Shown piece by piece: positions 27,377-35,369 of a stretch of 64,000 bases of DNA. Origin of the DNA: Nitrospirota bacterium (GTDB lineage: Bacteria > Nitrospirota > UBA9217); the NCBI GenBank assembly GCA_963663225.1, contig OY760142.1:2976001-3040000 (forward strand). Direction: 5' to 3'. A model generated the notes under the pieces. That model did not search any database and was not told the DNA's origin. It saw only the letters and a program-made list of their open reading frames with translations. The translations under genes were made by a program, and so were the position numbers. Positions within the stretch are counted from its first letter, which is position 1; every line of letters begins with the position of its first letter.

Positions 27377-28111
27377 CTACATCGCCAGTCCGCCATTGAC
27401 GCCGATAACCTGACCATGGATATACATATTCTCCTCGGTACAGAGAAAATGAACAACAGATGCGATATCGTCGACCTTGCCAACGCGGTTAAGGGGAATC
27501 AACGGGAGGACCTGCTCTTTCGGAATGTCTTTAGTCATTTCCGTTTCGATAAAACCGGGAGCAACTACGTTTACAAAGATGTTTTTCCTGCCGACTTCGC
27601 GGGCCAGCGCTTTTGCCGCCCCGATTAACCCGGCCTTAGAAGCGGAATAGTTTACCTGTCCTGCCTGGCCGACCTGGCCTGATACGGAAGAAATCACTAC
27701 GATTCTTCCTCGTTTTGCCTTGAGCATGGAAAACACCACGGCACGGGTGGTGTTAAAAAAACCGTTGAGGTTAGTTGTGACCACTGAATCCCATTCTTCT
27801 TTTGACATCCACATCAGGAGATTGTCACGGGAAATGCCCGAATTGTAGACAAAAACATCAGGTGACGTGGTTTCCAACCGGGCGCCTAACGCAGCCTCAG
27901 TTTCTTCAAAACTGGACACATCAAAAGAAAAAAGCTCACAGGCGGCACCTGTCGATTCTATCTCCGCTTTAACAGAACGGGCCGCTTCATGATTGCTTTT
28001 ATACGTAAGCCAAATGGAAAAACCGGCTTTAGCCAGCTTCACCGCAATGGCCCGCCCTATCCCGCGGCTGCCGCCTATTATCAATGCAATTTTCTTTGAC
28101 TGGGTTTTCAT
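27377..28111 (-). CDS. fabG: 3-oxoacyl-ACP reductase
   Basis: GGSRGIG, NSGISRD, NYSASKAG, VAPGFIET, GQVIGVNGG. Start set at ATG 28111. Confidence 0.93.
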   Translation of the reverse strand: MKTQSKKIALIIGGSRGIGRAIAVKLAKAGFSIWLTYKSNHEAARSVKAEIESTGAACELFSFDVSSFEETEAALGARLETTSPDVFVYNSGISRDNLLMWMSKEEWDSVVTTNLNGFFNTTRAVVFSMLKAKRGRIVVISSVSGQVGQAGQVNYSASKAGLIGAAKALAREVGRKNIFVNVVAPGFIETEMTKDIPKEQVLPLIPLNRVGKVDDIASVVHFLCTEENMYIHGQVIGVNGGLAM

Positions 28112-28224
28112 ATCGAAAGAAGAAAAGCCGCCTTTCTGCGCAGGTGTTGCAAAATGCTGCAAAATACTCGTGCATTTAACCTTTTAATTTTTCAAGGTAT
28201 TTTTGCTAATCCTGTAAATTTTGC

Positions 28225-28253
28225 ATACTACACTAACATTTTTTGGCTGTCAA
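28225..28253 (-). promoter_or_regulatory. Putative sigma70 promoter of the lipid cluster
   Basis: Minus strand TTGACA-17 nt-TAGTAT, about 110 nt upstream of fabG. Confidence 0.65.
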
Positions 28254-28378
28254 GAGTTTTCCTTTCCGGCAAGCCATAGCGTCATGATACGGGAATAGTA
28301 TGAGAGAAAGAAGAGCTGACGCCTTGTGACCGCAAAAAAAGATTGTCTGGTTTTACAGGAAAGAAGGAGCGCGCACGA

Positions 28379-30076
28379 TTACAATTTATCAAGTACGCTG
28401 AGAAGAACGTTCAGGCTGATTTCAAAGGCAGCGCACGGCATGGTGATTTGAGTACGGTCTAATACTGCCGGATTCAACTCGCCAAGGAACCCAATAGCAA
28501 CTCCGTTTGTAATAATTCTACCGCACCGTCCCTGAATAAAAAGTGGATGTTCTGCAGGTTGCAGCGTGTATTCTATTCCCAGGTAGAACAACAGGACATC
28601 AAGAGAAGCATGCAATTCTGAGAAATTAGCTGCCGGATGAGAGATAACGGCACTAAGATTCAATTCAGTTCTTGATCCCATATTTTCATGTTGATCGTAT
28701 ACCGCAACATCGCCGACCTCAAATATCTTATGCGGATAGAATGCCTTGGAACTTGCAGCCTCAACAGTCAAAAGAGATGGAATAATGCGGTTTCTGAGGA
28801 CCGAGTAGGCCTGGGACATTACATTATCTACTTCTATGAGCCGTTCTTCACGAAACATGGCATATTCGACATCTTCACGCGAGCAAAGAATGTTCGATAT
28901 AATCTCCTGGAAACCGGCCCCGATCATGTATCCCCTGATTGTATCAGCAAGCAGTTCGATCTTTGACAAGGAACCAACGGTCGATTCCTGAGGCATGACC
29001 GGTTTGAACGTATCATATCCCTTGCTGATGGCATAATCTTCAACCAAATCAACGGAATGCATAATATCATCCCGATACGGCGGTACGACGACAGATACGG
29101 TTCCACGGACACCTGAAACAATATGTCCGTACGCATTCAGGTATCTTTTGACATCAGCCGGGGTAACCTCTTCTCCAAGTCCTGCAGAAAAACGTTCAAG
29201 CGGCAGCGTAAACGTTGTGGAAGAGTCATGGGGGAAAACAACGCGTTTTCCCAGCTCTGTCATATAGGGATATGTCACCAGTATCGGCTCAATATCTGCG
29301 CCACGATCCGAAAAACTTGCGGCAAGAATATTGAGGGCGAGGTTCGTCATCCTGAGATCTGTCCCTGTCACTTCTATCAGTACATTACGGGTGTTTGTCT
29401 TCACTTCGCCGATCTCACGGCTGTTGATTATCGGCGGGAACGAGAGCACGCGCCCCATGCTGTCGATCAGAACCGGATACTGCGGAAAAGGTTTCACGAT
29501 GTTCCCGTATTCGATTCCCTTGGGATGGCGCACAAGAATTTCAGCGAGAGTAAGTTTTTCCTCCATGCCGAGCGGAGTAAATGAAATCGATTCCGGATCG
29601 GCAAGTCTGTAGTGTACAGGGAAAACAATTCTGTCGAGTTCATAAATGCCGATGGAAAGCGTGGTCCGTTTTCTGCCGAATATTTCTGCCAGCTTTTCCT
29701 GACTCTGGATCATCTGTGCAAGTACGTCATTATTCATGGGCACGCCGCTCGCGGTGCATGCCGCAAGATAGGGCCGGACAGATCTCATGGATTTCGAAGC
29801 GCGGATTTCGCGTGTTGCTTTTTTGGCGTGTTTGAAAAAAGAGTACGGAGCGGCTTTGCCGGAAAGATAAAGGCGGATTTGACGGGCAACCCCTTCTGCT
29901 GACCAGAGGTCAGGCCTGTTGCTGTCAGACAACTCAATCTTCAGATCATCGGTCTCCGCGTTATAATCCTTGAGCTCCGCTTTCGCGAGCATGAGGTGCT
30001 TTTCAAACGTACGGAGTGACAACGTTCTGCCGATAAGAGAATCAATATCTTTCTTTTTTACATCTATCGTAGGCAT
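28379..30076 (-). CDS. pheT: Phenylalanine-tRNA ligase beta subunit, short archaeal/eukaryotic type
   Basis: 565 aa; MPTIDV, NRPDLWSAEG, QEKL..IFGRKR, SFPPIINS, PPYRDDIMHSVDLVED; lacks the bacterial OB-fold and C-terminal anticodon-binding domains. Confidence 0.92.
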   Translation of the reverse strand: MPTIDVKKKDIDSLIGRTLSLRTFEKHLMLAKAELKDYNAETDDLKIELSDSNRPDLWSAEGVARQIRLYLSGKAAPYSFFKHAKKATREIRASKSMRSVRPYLAACTASGVPMNNDVLAQMIQSQEKLAEIFGRKRTTLSIGIYELDRIVFPVHYRLADPESISFTPLGMEEKLTLAEILVRHPKGIEYGNIVKPFPQYPVLIDSMGRVLSFPPIINSREIGEVKTNTRNVLIEVTGTDLRMTNLALNILAASFSDRGADIEPILVTYPYMTELGKRVVFPHDSSTTFTLPLERFSAGLGEEVTPADVKRYLNAYGHIVSGVRGTVSVVVPPYRDDIMHSVDLVEDYAISKGYDTFKPVMPQESTVGSLSKIELLADTIRGYMIGAGFQEIISNILCSREDVEYAMFREERLIEVDNVMSQAYSVLRNRIIPSLLTVEAASSKAFYPHKIFEVGDVAVYDQHENMGSRTELNLSAVISHPAANFSELHASLDVLLFYLGIEYTLQPAEHPLFIQGRCGRIITNGVAIGFLGELNPAVLDRTQITMPCAAFEISLNVLLSVLDKL

Positions 30077-30173
30077 AGAAAAATCCCAAATTCATAATCG
30101 GTGAAAACTGGTCAAAGCCGGAGACACCGTGGTTCAAAAAACAGCAATTGAAGGTCTCATTATGGTACAATTT

Positions 30174-31739
30174 TTATTTATCCAGACGGATTTTTTTTGT
30201 CCTTATGAAATCCAAATCGCGGGAGAATAAATCGCGTATGTCCTGAATTTCCAGCGCGATCATGGCCATGCGGTCAAGTCCAAGACCCCATGCAATCACC
30301 GGCACGTCAACGCCAAGCGGCAGCGTGACTTCCGGACGGAAAATTCCAGCCCCCCCAAGTTCCATCCAGCCGAGTTTCGGATGTTTTACGTGCAGTTCCA
30401 CCGAGGGCTCGGTAAATGGGAAATAAGCAGGCCGGAACTGGAACTCTGCCGCTTTTGCGATCTCCTGTCCAAACAGTTTTAACAGTCCAAGGAGAGTTTT
30501 GAAATTGATATCCCTGCCGAGAACAATACCCTCAACCTGATAAAAATCAGGGGCATGCGTTGCATCAACAGCATCGTAGCGGAAACAACGGGCAATAGAA
30601 AAATATTTGCCGGGAATTTTGGGACCTGATGCCAGGGTGCGGGCAGAAACCGCCGTTCCCTGGCTTCTGAGTATGAGCCGTTTTGCACGTTCAAGATCAA
30701 AAGAATACTTCCAGCCTGTTGAGCCGGTTTTGCCGCCGTTCTTGTGGGCAGCAGCGACCTGTCTGCCAAAGGGCGCTTCAATCTGCATGGCTGCAGCGGG
30801 ATCTTTTACAAAATAAACATCATGGATGTTGCGGGCCGGATGGAATTGCGGCATGAACAATGCGTCCATGTCCCAGAATTCGTTTTCCACGAGCGGCCCG
30901 CGCATTTCTTCAAATCCCATGCCGATAAACTTATATTTAACAAAATCGAGAAATTCTTTATAAGGATGTTTCCTGCCGATGCTTTGCCGGGGCGGATTCA
31001 GGGCAATGTTATACGCACGAAACTTTTTGTCTTTCCACGTGCCCTGTCTCAGCATTTCCTGAGTGAGGATTGAAGCCTCTTCCACGGCTACTCCGCGATT
31101 TTTCATCAGCCCGAGTAATTCTCTGCCGTCAGGAGTAAGTGTGTAAGCGCGATTCTTTTTTTCTGTTATACGGAAAATACCTTTTGACTTTCCCCGCTTA
31201 TGAAAGTTATCGCGGATGATGGACTGTTCCTGTTCAGGGAAATCGGACAATAACAGCGAATCGTCCCCTGTTTTCTGAATTATTGATTGGAGCAGTTCAT
31301 GCTGGCTGGATTTTTCCGGCTGGTCGAATTCAAGGACACCGCCCTGAACAATGCGAATAATGCTGTTTGATTTCAGAAGGCCGGTGGCAGAACTGATCTC
31401 GGAAGGGTCCATGTTCCAGGATTGGATCATATCCTTGACGGTGAATTGTTTCCCTTCGCGAAGCGCCGTAATAATGCGCATTTCCGGAGTGCCTTTTTGG
31501 CAGTAGTCCCTGCCTGCTTCTGTAAGGGAGACAAGAGACGTGACCGATTCGTCTTTTACATCCAAAAAACCTTTGGATTGAAGCCATCCTGACGCCATAT
31601 CCAGACGGGATTCATCGAGTCCTGATATCTGCAGAATTTCAGAGGCAGGAAGGGAATCTTTGTCAATGAAACAAAACAGTACTTTGTTTTCGAGTGGATG
31701 GAGGCTTTCTATTAATTTTTCTCTATCTATCGGTGCCAT
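30174..31739 (-). CDS. pheS: Phenylalanine-tRNA ligase alpha subunit, long archaeal/eukaryotic type
   Basis: 521 aa with an N-terminal extension of about 250 aa; DALFMPQFHPAR, FRYDAVDATH, YFPFTEPS, AWGLGLDR. Confidence 0.93.
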   Translation of the reverse strand: MAPIDREKLIESLHPLENKVLFCFIDKDSLPASEILQISGLDESRLDMASGWLQSKGFLDVKDESVTSLVSLTEAGRDYCQKGTPEMRIITALREGKQFTVKDMIQSWNMDPSEISSATGLLKSNSIIRIVQGGVLEFDQPEKSSQHELLQSIIQKTGDDSLLLSDFPEQEQSIIRDNFHKRGKSKGIFRITEKKNRAYTLTPDGRELLGLMKNRGVAVEEASILTQEMLRQGTWKDKKFRAYNIALNPPRQSIGRKHPYKEFLDFVKYKFIGMGFEEMRGPLVENEFWDMDALFMPQFHPARNIHDVYFVKDPAAAMQIEAPFGRQVAAAHKNGGKTGSTGWKYSFDLERAKRLILRSQGTAVSARTLASGPKIPGKYFSIARCFRYDAVDATHAPDFYQVEGIVLGRDINFKTLLGLLKLFGQEIAKAAEFQFRPAYFPFTEPSVELHVKHPKLGWMELGGAGIFRPEVTLPLGVDVPVIAWGLGLDRMAMIALEIQDIRDLFSRDLDFIRTKKIRLDK

Positions 31740-31754
31740 AATACGATGCGGCCT

Positions 31755-31783
31755 AGATTACGTCGATTGGATGAAATTGTCAA
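31755..31783 (-). promoter_or_regulatory. Putative sigma70 promoter of pheST
   Basis: Minus strand TTGACA-17 nt-TAATCT, ending 15 nt before the pheS ATG. Confidence 0.55.
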
Positions 31784-31815
31784 GAAAAAACAGACTCATG
31801 CAGAAAACCATCCGC

Positions 31816-32442
31816 CTACTCCATCACAACGATGACCGTAAATCCTTCCTTTGCCTTGATTTCTTTCTGAAGTTTTTCTGCAGCTGCTTTGTTGGAAAAA
31901 CTACCGATTCTTACACGGTGCCACGTACCCTTTCCGGGAACATCTGCGGACACGATGAATGCAGCATAGCCGCGTTGCTTCAGTTTTTTCACATCGGCAT
32001 CCGCAAGTTCTTTTTCCTGATATGATGCAAGCTGAAGCGTATATTTGATTCTTACGGATGAAGACGACGGTTGAACTGCTTCTTTTTTAACCTGGACCTG
32101 GGAGGGCTTGTTCGTCGCCTGATTCTGTTGTTTTGCCGTTGGTTCGACAACTGGTTGTTTTTTTTCAGTTTTAGTTTCGTCGTGTGCAGGGGCAGGCTTT
32201 AGATTAATTGAAACGGTTTTGTCATTTTTGTCGGTCAACGTTTTATAAAAGGTGAATTCTTCCTTTGCGGGTAGATTTTTTGAAACGATGTCCGGGAGAG
32301 GCGGAAGAATTTCATTTTGTGCACCGGTTTTACTCTGGTATTTGCCGACATAATATCCCAGAAAAAAGAAGCCAGCCATTAATGCCACAATAATCGGCAG
32401 CATAAAAAGCTTGAATATGATTCCCCCTCGTTCATTACCCAT
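31816..32442 (-). CDS. SPOR-domain (FtsN/DedD-like) membrane-anchored protein
   Basis: N-terminal TM, FTFYKTL, Pro/Lys-rich linker, C-terminal YTLQLASY...WHRVRIGSF SPOR domain. Confidence 0.85.
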   Translation of the reverse strand: MGNERGGIIFKLFMLPIIVALMAGFFFLGYYVGKYQSKTGAQNEILPPLPDIVSKNLPAKEEFTFYKTLTDKNDKTVSINLKPAPAHDETKTEKKQPVVEPTAKQQNQATNKPSQVQVKKEAVQPSSSSVRIKYTLQLASYQEKELADADVKKLKQRGYAAFIVSADVPGKGTWHRVRIGSFSNKAAAEKLQKEIKAKEGFTVIVVME

Positions 32443-32476
32443 TACAATTTTCCTTTCATAAGACGGTATGGCTTCA

Positions 32477-33508
32477 TCAGAAAATAAACATCGCATCGCC
32501 ATAGCTGTAAAAACGATATTGTTCTTTCACAGCGGTCCTGTATGCGGAGAGAATCTTCTCCCTGCCGGCAAACGCTGAAACAAGCATAAGAAGCGTTGAT
32601 TTCGGCAAATGAAAGTTGGTAATTAACCCATTGATTATTTGAAAACGATAACCTGGATAAATAAAAAGCACTGATTGCCCCTCTCCATGACAGACCATTC
32701 CATTTTCCAAGGCGGCAGTTTCCAGGGTCCGGACACAGGTAGTGCCTACCGCAATCACGCGTCTTCCTTCCCGACGCGCATTGTTTATGCGATCCGCAGC
32801 ATTCTCTGAAATAGTATAATATTCGGGAAGCATCTGGTGCTTCGATATTTCTTCAACCCGAACTGGTTGAAACGTACCGGGGCCGACATGAAGGGTAATG
32901 GTAATAATCTCAACGCCGCGCAGACTGAGTTGACTGAGCAGTTCCTGAGTAAAATGCAACCCCGCAGTGGGGGCCGCCACAGCACCCTCTTGAGAAGCAT
33001 AGACAGTCTGATAGCGGTCACGGTCTTCTTCAGTTGGATTGCGCTTTATATAGGGAGGCAGAGGAACTTTGCCGATAGCGTGCAGTTTTTCATTGATATT
33101 ATCAACACCGGAAAAGCGAACAACCCACGTATCATCAGTTCCCTTTTCTACAACGTCTGCTTCTATTCCTGCGTCAAGGTGCAGTCTTCTTCCAATCCTT
33201 ACTCCGCCTTTTACGAGTGCGCTCCAAAGATTCCGTTCCTGCTCAGCAATCAGAAAGATTTCAGCCTTGCCGCCGCCTGTTTTTTTTGCCGGTAATCTGC
33301 ACGGGAACACCTTTGTATCGTTCAATACCAGTACATCGCCCGGAGCAAGATGATCTTTAATATCCGAGAAGAACGTATGTCTTATTTCATCCGTCTTGTG
33401 ATTAAAGAGCATAAGACGGGAACGATCACGGCATAAAGAAGGTTTCTGCGCAATCAATGATTCGGGAAGGTGAAAAACAAAATCCGACAATCTCAACTGT
33501 TCTGTCAT
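32477..33508 (-). CDS. queA: S-adenosylmethionine:tRNA ribosyltransferase-isomerase
   Basis: LPESLIAQ, VPLPPYI, RYQTVYA, AAPTAGLHFT, TLHVGPGTF, TNFHLPKSTL, YRFYSYGDAM. Confidence 0.97.
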   Translation of the reverse strand: MTEQLRLSDFVFHLPESLIAQKPSLCRDRSRLMLFNHKTDEIRHTFFSDIKDHLAPGDVLVLNDTKVFPCRLPAKKTGGGKAEIFLIAEQERNLWSALVKGGVRIGRRLHLDAGIEADVVEKGTDDTWVVRFSGVDNINEKLHAIGKVPLPPYIKRNPTEEDRDRYQTVYASQEGAVAAPTAGLHFTQELLSQLSLRGVEIITITLHVGPGTFQPVRVEEISKHQMLPEYYTISENAADRINNARREGRRVIAVGTTCVRTLETAALENGMVCHGEGQSVLFIYPGYRFQIINGLITNFHLPKSTLLMLVSAFAGREKILSAYRTAVKEQYRFYSYGDAMFIF

Positions 33509-33620
33509 CGGTACGGTCACGGCTGGATATTACCACATCGGAGTGTTGCGATAAAGAAAAAAGAGGCCTGCGAGTGAAGAGTCCCGCAACTATCGATTCA
33601 ATGAGCAAGAAACAGAGGCA

Positions 33621-34748
33621 TCATTCGAGAGATAGTTTCCAGCCTTTTTGGAATTCATCATAGGAACGCATGGTGGCCGTGTTTATGGCAGACCCGATAT
33701 CGGCACCACGGCCAAGTTCTTCCAGCACCGTTTTCACGCGATAAAGCCCACATGCGTCAACCATATAACTGACCGCTGAAAGGCTGTATAAATAGGCAAA
33801 TTTTGCCTGATTGGTTTCCATCCCTATAAAGGACCCTTCAAGATAAAAAAGAGGGGGAAGTTTCCCCATTTGGGCGATCCTTTTCAGGAGCGCCTTCTGT
33901 TGTGCGCTAATCTCTCTTCCTTCAAAATATTGAGCTAAACCTTCGTTCAACCATGTTGGCACCCGGGTTGTAATGGTCCGTATGACTGCGTGCGTGTATT
34001 CATGATACAGAATCTTCCTGAGTCCAGGCGTTTCCTGATCTATGCCACCGATCGGAATCCGGATTTTACCGTCGAATAAGGCACCCGCCCAGCCGGGTGC
34101 ATCTGTTACTTCCTGAAACTGTTCGTTGGAGTACAGAATCACCTGGACGTCTTTATTCGGATAATAAGAAAGGCCCCTGCCCACCTCACCGTAAGCATCC
34201 TCGAGAATTCTGACGACGATTTTTCCGGCTTCAATTTTCTCCCTGCCTTCGTACTTTACCAGAAAATGGCTCGTGACATCACGGTTGAAATCCTTTTCTG
34301 TTTTATGTTCTTTCTGAATGCGTTCCAGTCTCGCGCGCAAGGCAGTAGCGGCAGGATTCAATTCGACGGCTTTTCCCCAGTATTCTATGGCTTTTTCGAA
34401 GTCGTCTTTCCGGTAATATATTTCTCCAAGAAGTGAGTATGCGTCCGAGGATTTTGGATTCAGTTCGATGACATTTTTCAACTCCCGTTCTGCGTTTTCA
34501 TCTTCCCGCAGAAAAAAGAAGGCTGTTCCAAAACCGAGATGGGCCTCAAAAGATGAATTATTTTGTCGGACCGCTTGTTCGAAGACATCCCGTGCGGTCT
34601 GATAGTCCCCTGTTTTTAGTCTGTCCTTTCCTGTTTTCAAGAGCTGCGCATATGCATTTTGATCAGGGGCCTGTGCAAAAGCCGTCATGCCCAACACGGT
34701 AAAAATCAGTGCCACAAGAAAAGTCAGCCTTCGTCTTCGGGAGCGCAT
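33621..34748 (-). CDS. Exported TPR protein with a C-terminal zinc metallopeptidase (peptidase MA-like) domain
   Basis: Signal peptide, about 3 TPR repeats, HEYTH and WLNEGLAQYFE gluzincin motifs. Confidence 0.82.
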   Translation of the reverse strand: MRSRRRRLTFLVALIFTVLGMTAFAQAPDQNAYAQLLKTGKDRLKTGDYQTARDVFEQAVRQNNSSFEAHLGFGTAFFFLREDENAERELKNVIELNPKSSDAYSLLGEIYYRKDDFEKAIEYWGKAVELNPAATALRARLERIQKEHKTEKDFNRDVTSHFLVKYEGREKIEAGKIVVRILEDAYGEVGRGLSYYPNKDVQVILYSNEQFQEVTDAPGWAGALFDGKIRIPIGGIDQETPGLRKILYHEYTHAVIRTITTRVPTWLNEGLAQYFEGREISAQQKALLKRIAQMGKLPPLFYLEGSFIGMETNQAKFAYLYSLSAVSYMVDACGLYRVKTVLEELGRGADIGSAINTATMRSYDEFQKGWKLSLE

Positions 34749-34751
34749 GGA

Positions 34752-34949
34752 TTATCTCCTGTTATACCAAGATATAAAGCGGTCGAATGACCGATCGAAC
34801 GTTCTTTCTATCTCCGGAGGAAAAGCGCACGCTGGAAGTCCCTGGGACTGAAGGTGGTATTGAAGGCACGCGCAACAATTCCCTTTGCGAGAGCATGGTT
34901 CGTATGTACAAGTACATTTCTTTTTGTTTTCATCCGTTTTACACTGCAT
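34752..34949 (-). CDS. Small Cys-rich protein (DUF6485-like)
   Basis: 65 aa; CTCTYEPCSRKGNCCACLQYH...LPACAF; GGAGG RBS. Confidence 0.72.
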   Translation of the reverse strand: MQCKTDENKKKCTCTYEPCSRKGNCCACLQYHLQSQGLPACAFPPEIERTFDRSFDRFISWYNRR

Positions 34950-34970
34950 AAAACCTCCAGGAAAAATCGG

Positions 34971-35369
34971 TTAATCTCCGACTACTTTGACGAGGATGCT
35001 GCGGTCACGGGGTCCGTCGAATTCACAAAAAAAGACGGCTTGCCATGTACCGAGAACAAGTTTGGCGTCTGCAACCATAAGCGTCATGGATGCGCCAATG
35101 ATGCTTGATTTTATGTGAGCTGCGGAGTTTCCTTCAAAATGAGCATACTTGTCATCAAAAGGAATAACTTTATTCAATTCCTTAACAATGTCATGCGGCA
35201 CATTTCTGTCGGAGTTCTCATTGATGGTGACAGCAGCTGTTGTATGAGGAACAAACAGGGAGCAGAGCCCAGAGCGAACACCGGTTTCTAAGACTACCTT
35301 TTCAACCATCTGCGTGATATCAATGAATTCAGTTCTTGAATTCGTCTTCACCCGCAACTGCACAATCAT
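34971..35369 (-). CDS. yjbQ: YjbQ/UPF0047 family protein
   Basis: HTTAAVTINEN, HFEGNSAAHIKS, LGTWQAVFFCEFDGPR. Confidence 0.92.
   Translation of the reverse strand: MIVQLRVKTNSRTEFIDITQMVEKVVLETGVRSGLCSLFVPHTTAAVTINENSDRNVPHDIVKELNKVIPFDDKYAHFEGNSAAHIKSSIIGASMTLMVADAKLVLGTWQAVFFCEFDGPRDRSILVKVVGD

Noticed and set aside
28112-28378. Cobalamin riboswitch or NikR site upstream of the B12-rSAM-rich cluster
   Set aside because: No B12-box; the TGATAC-N7-GTATGA repeat has the wrong orientation and spacing for NikR.
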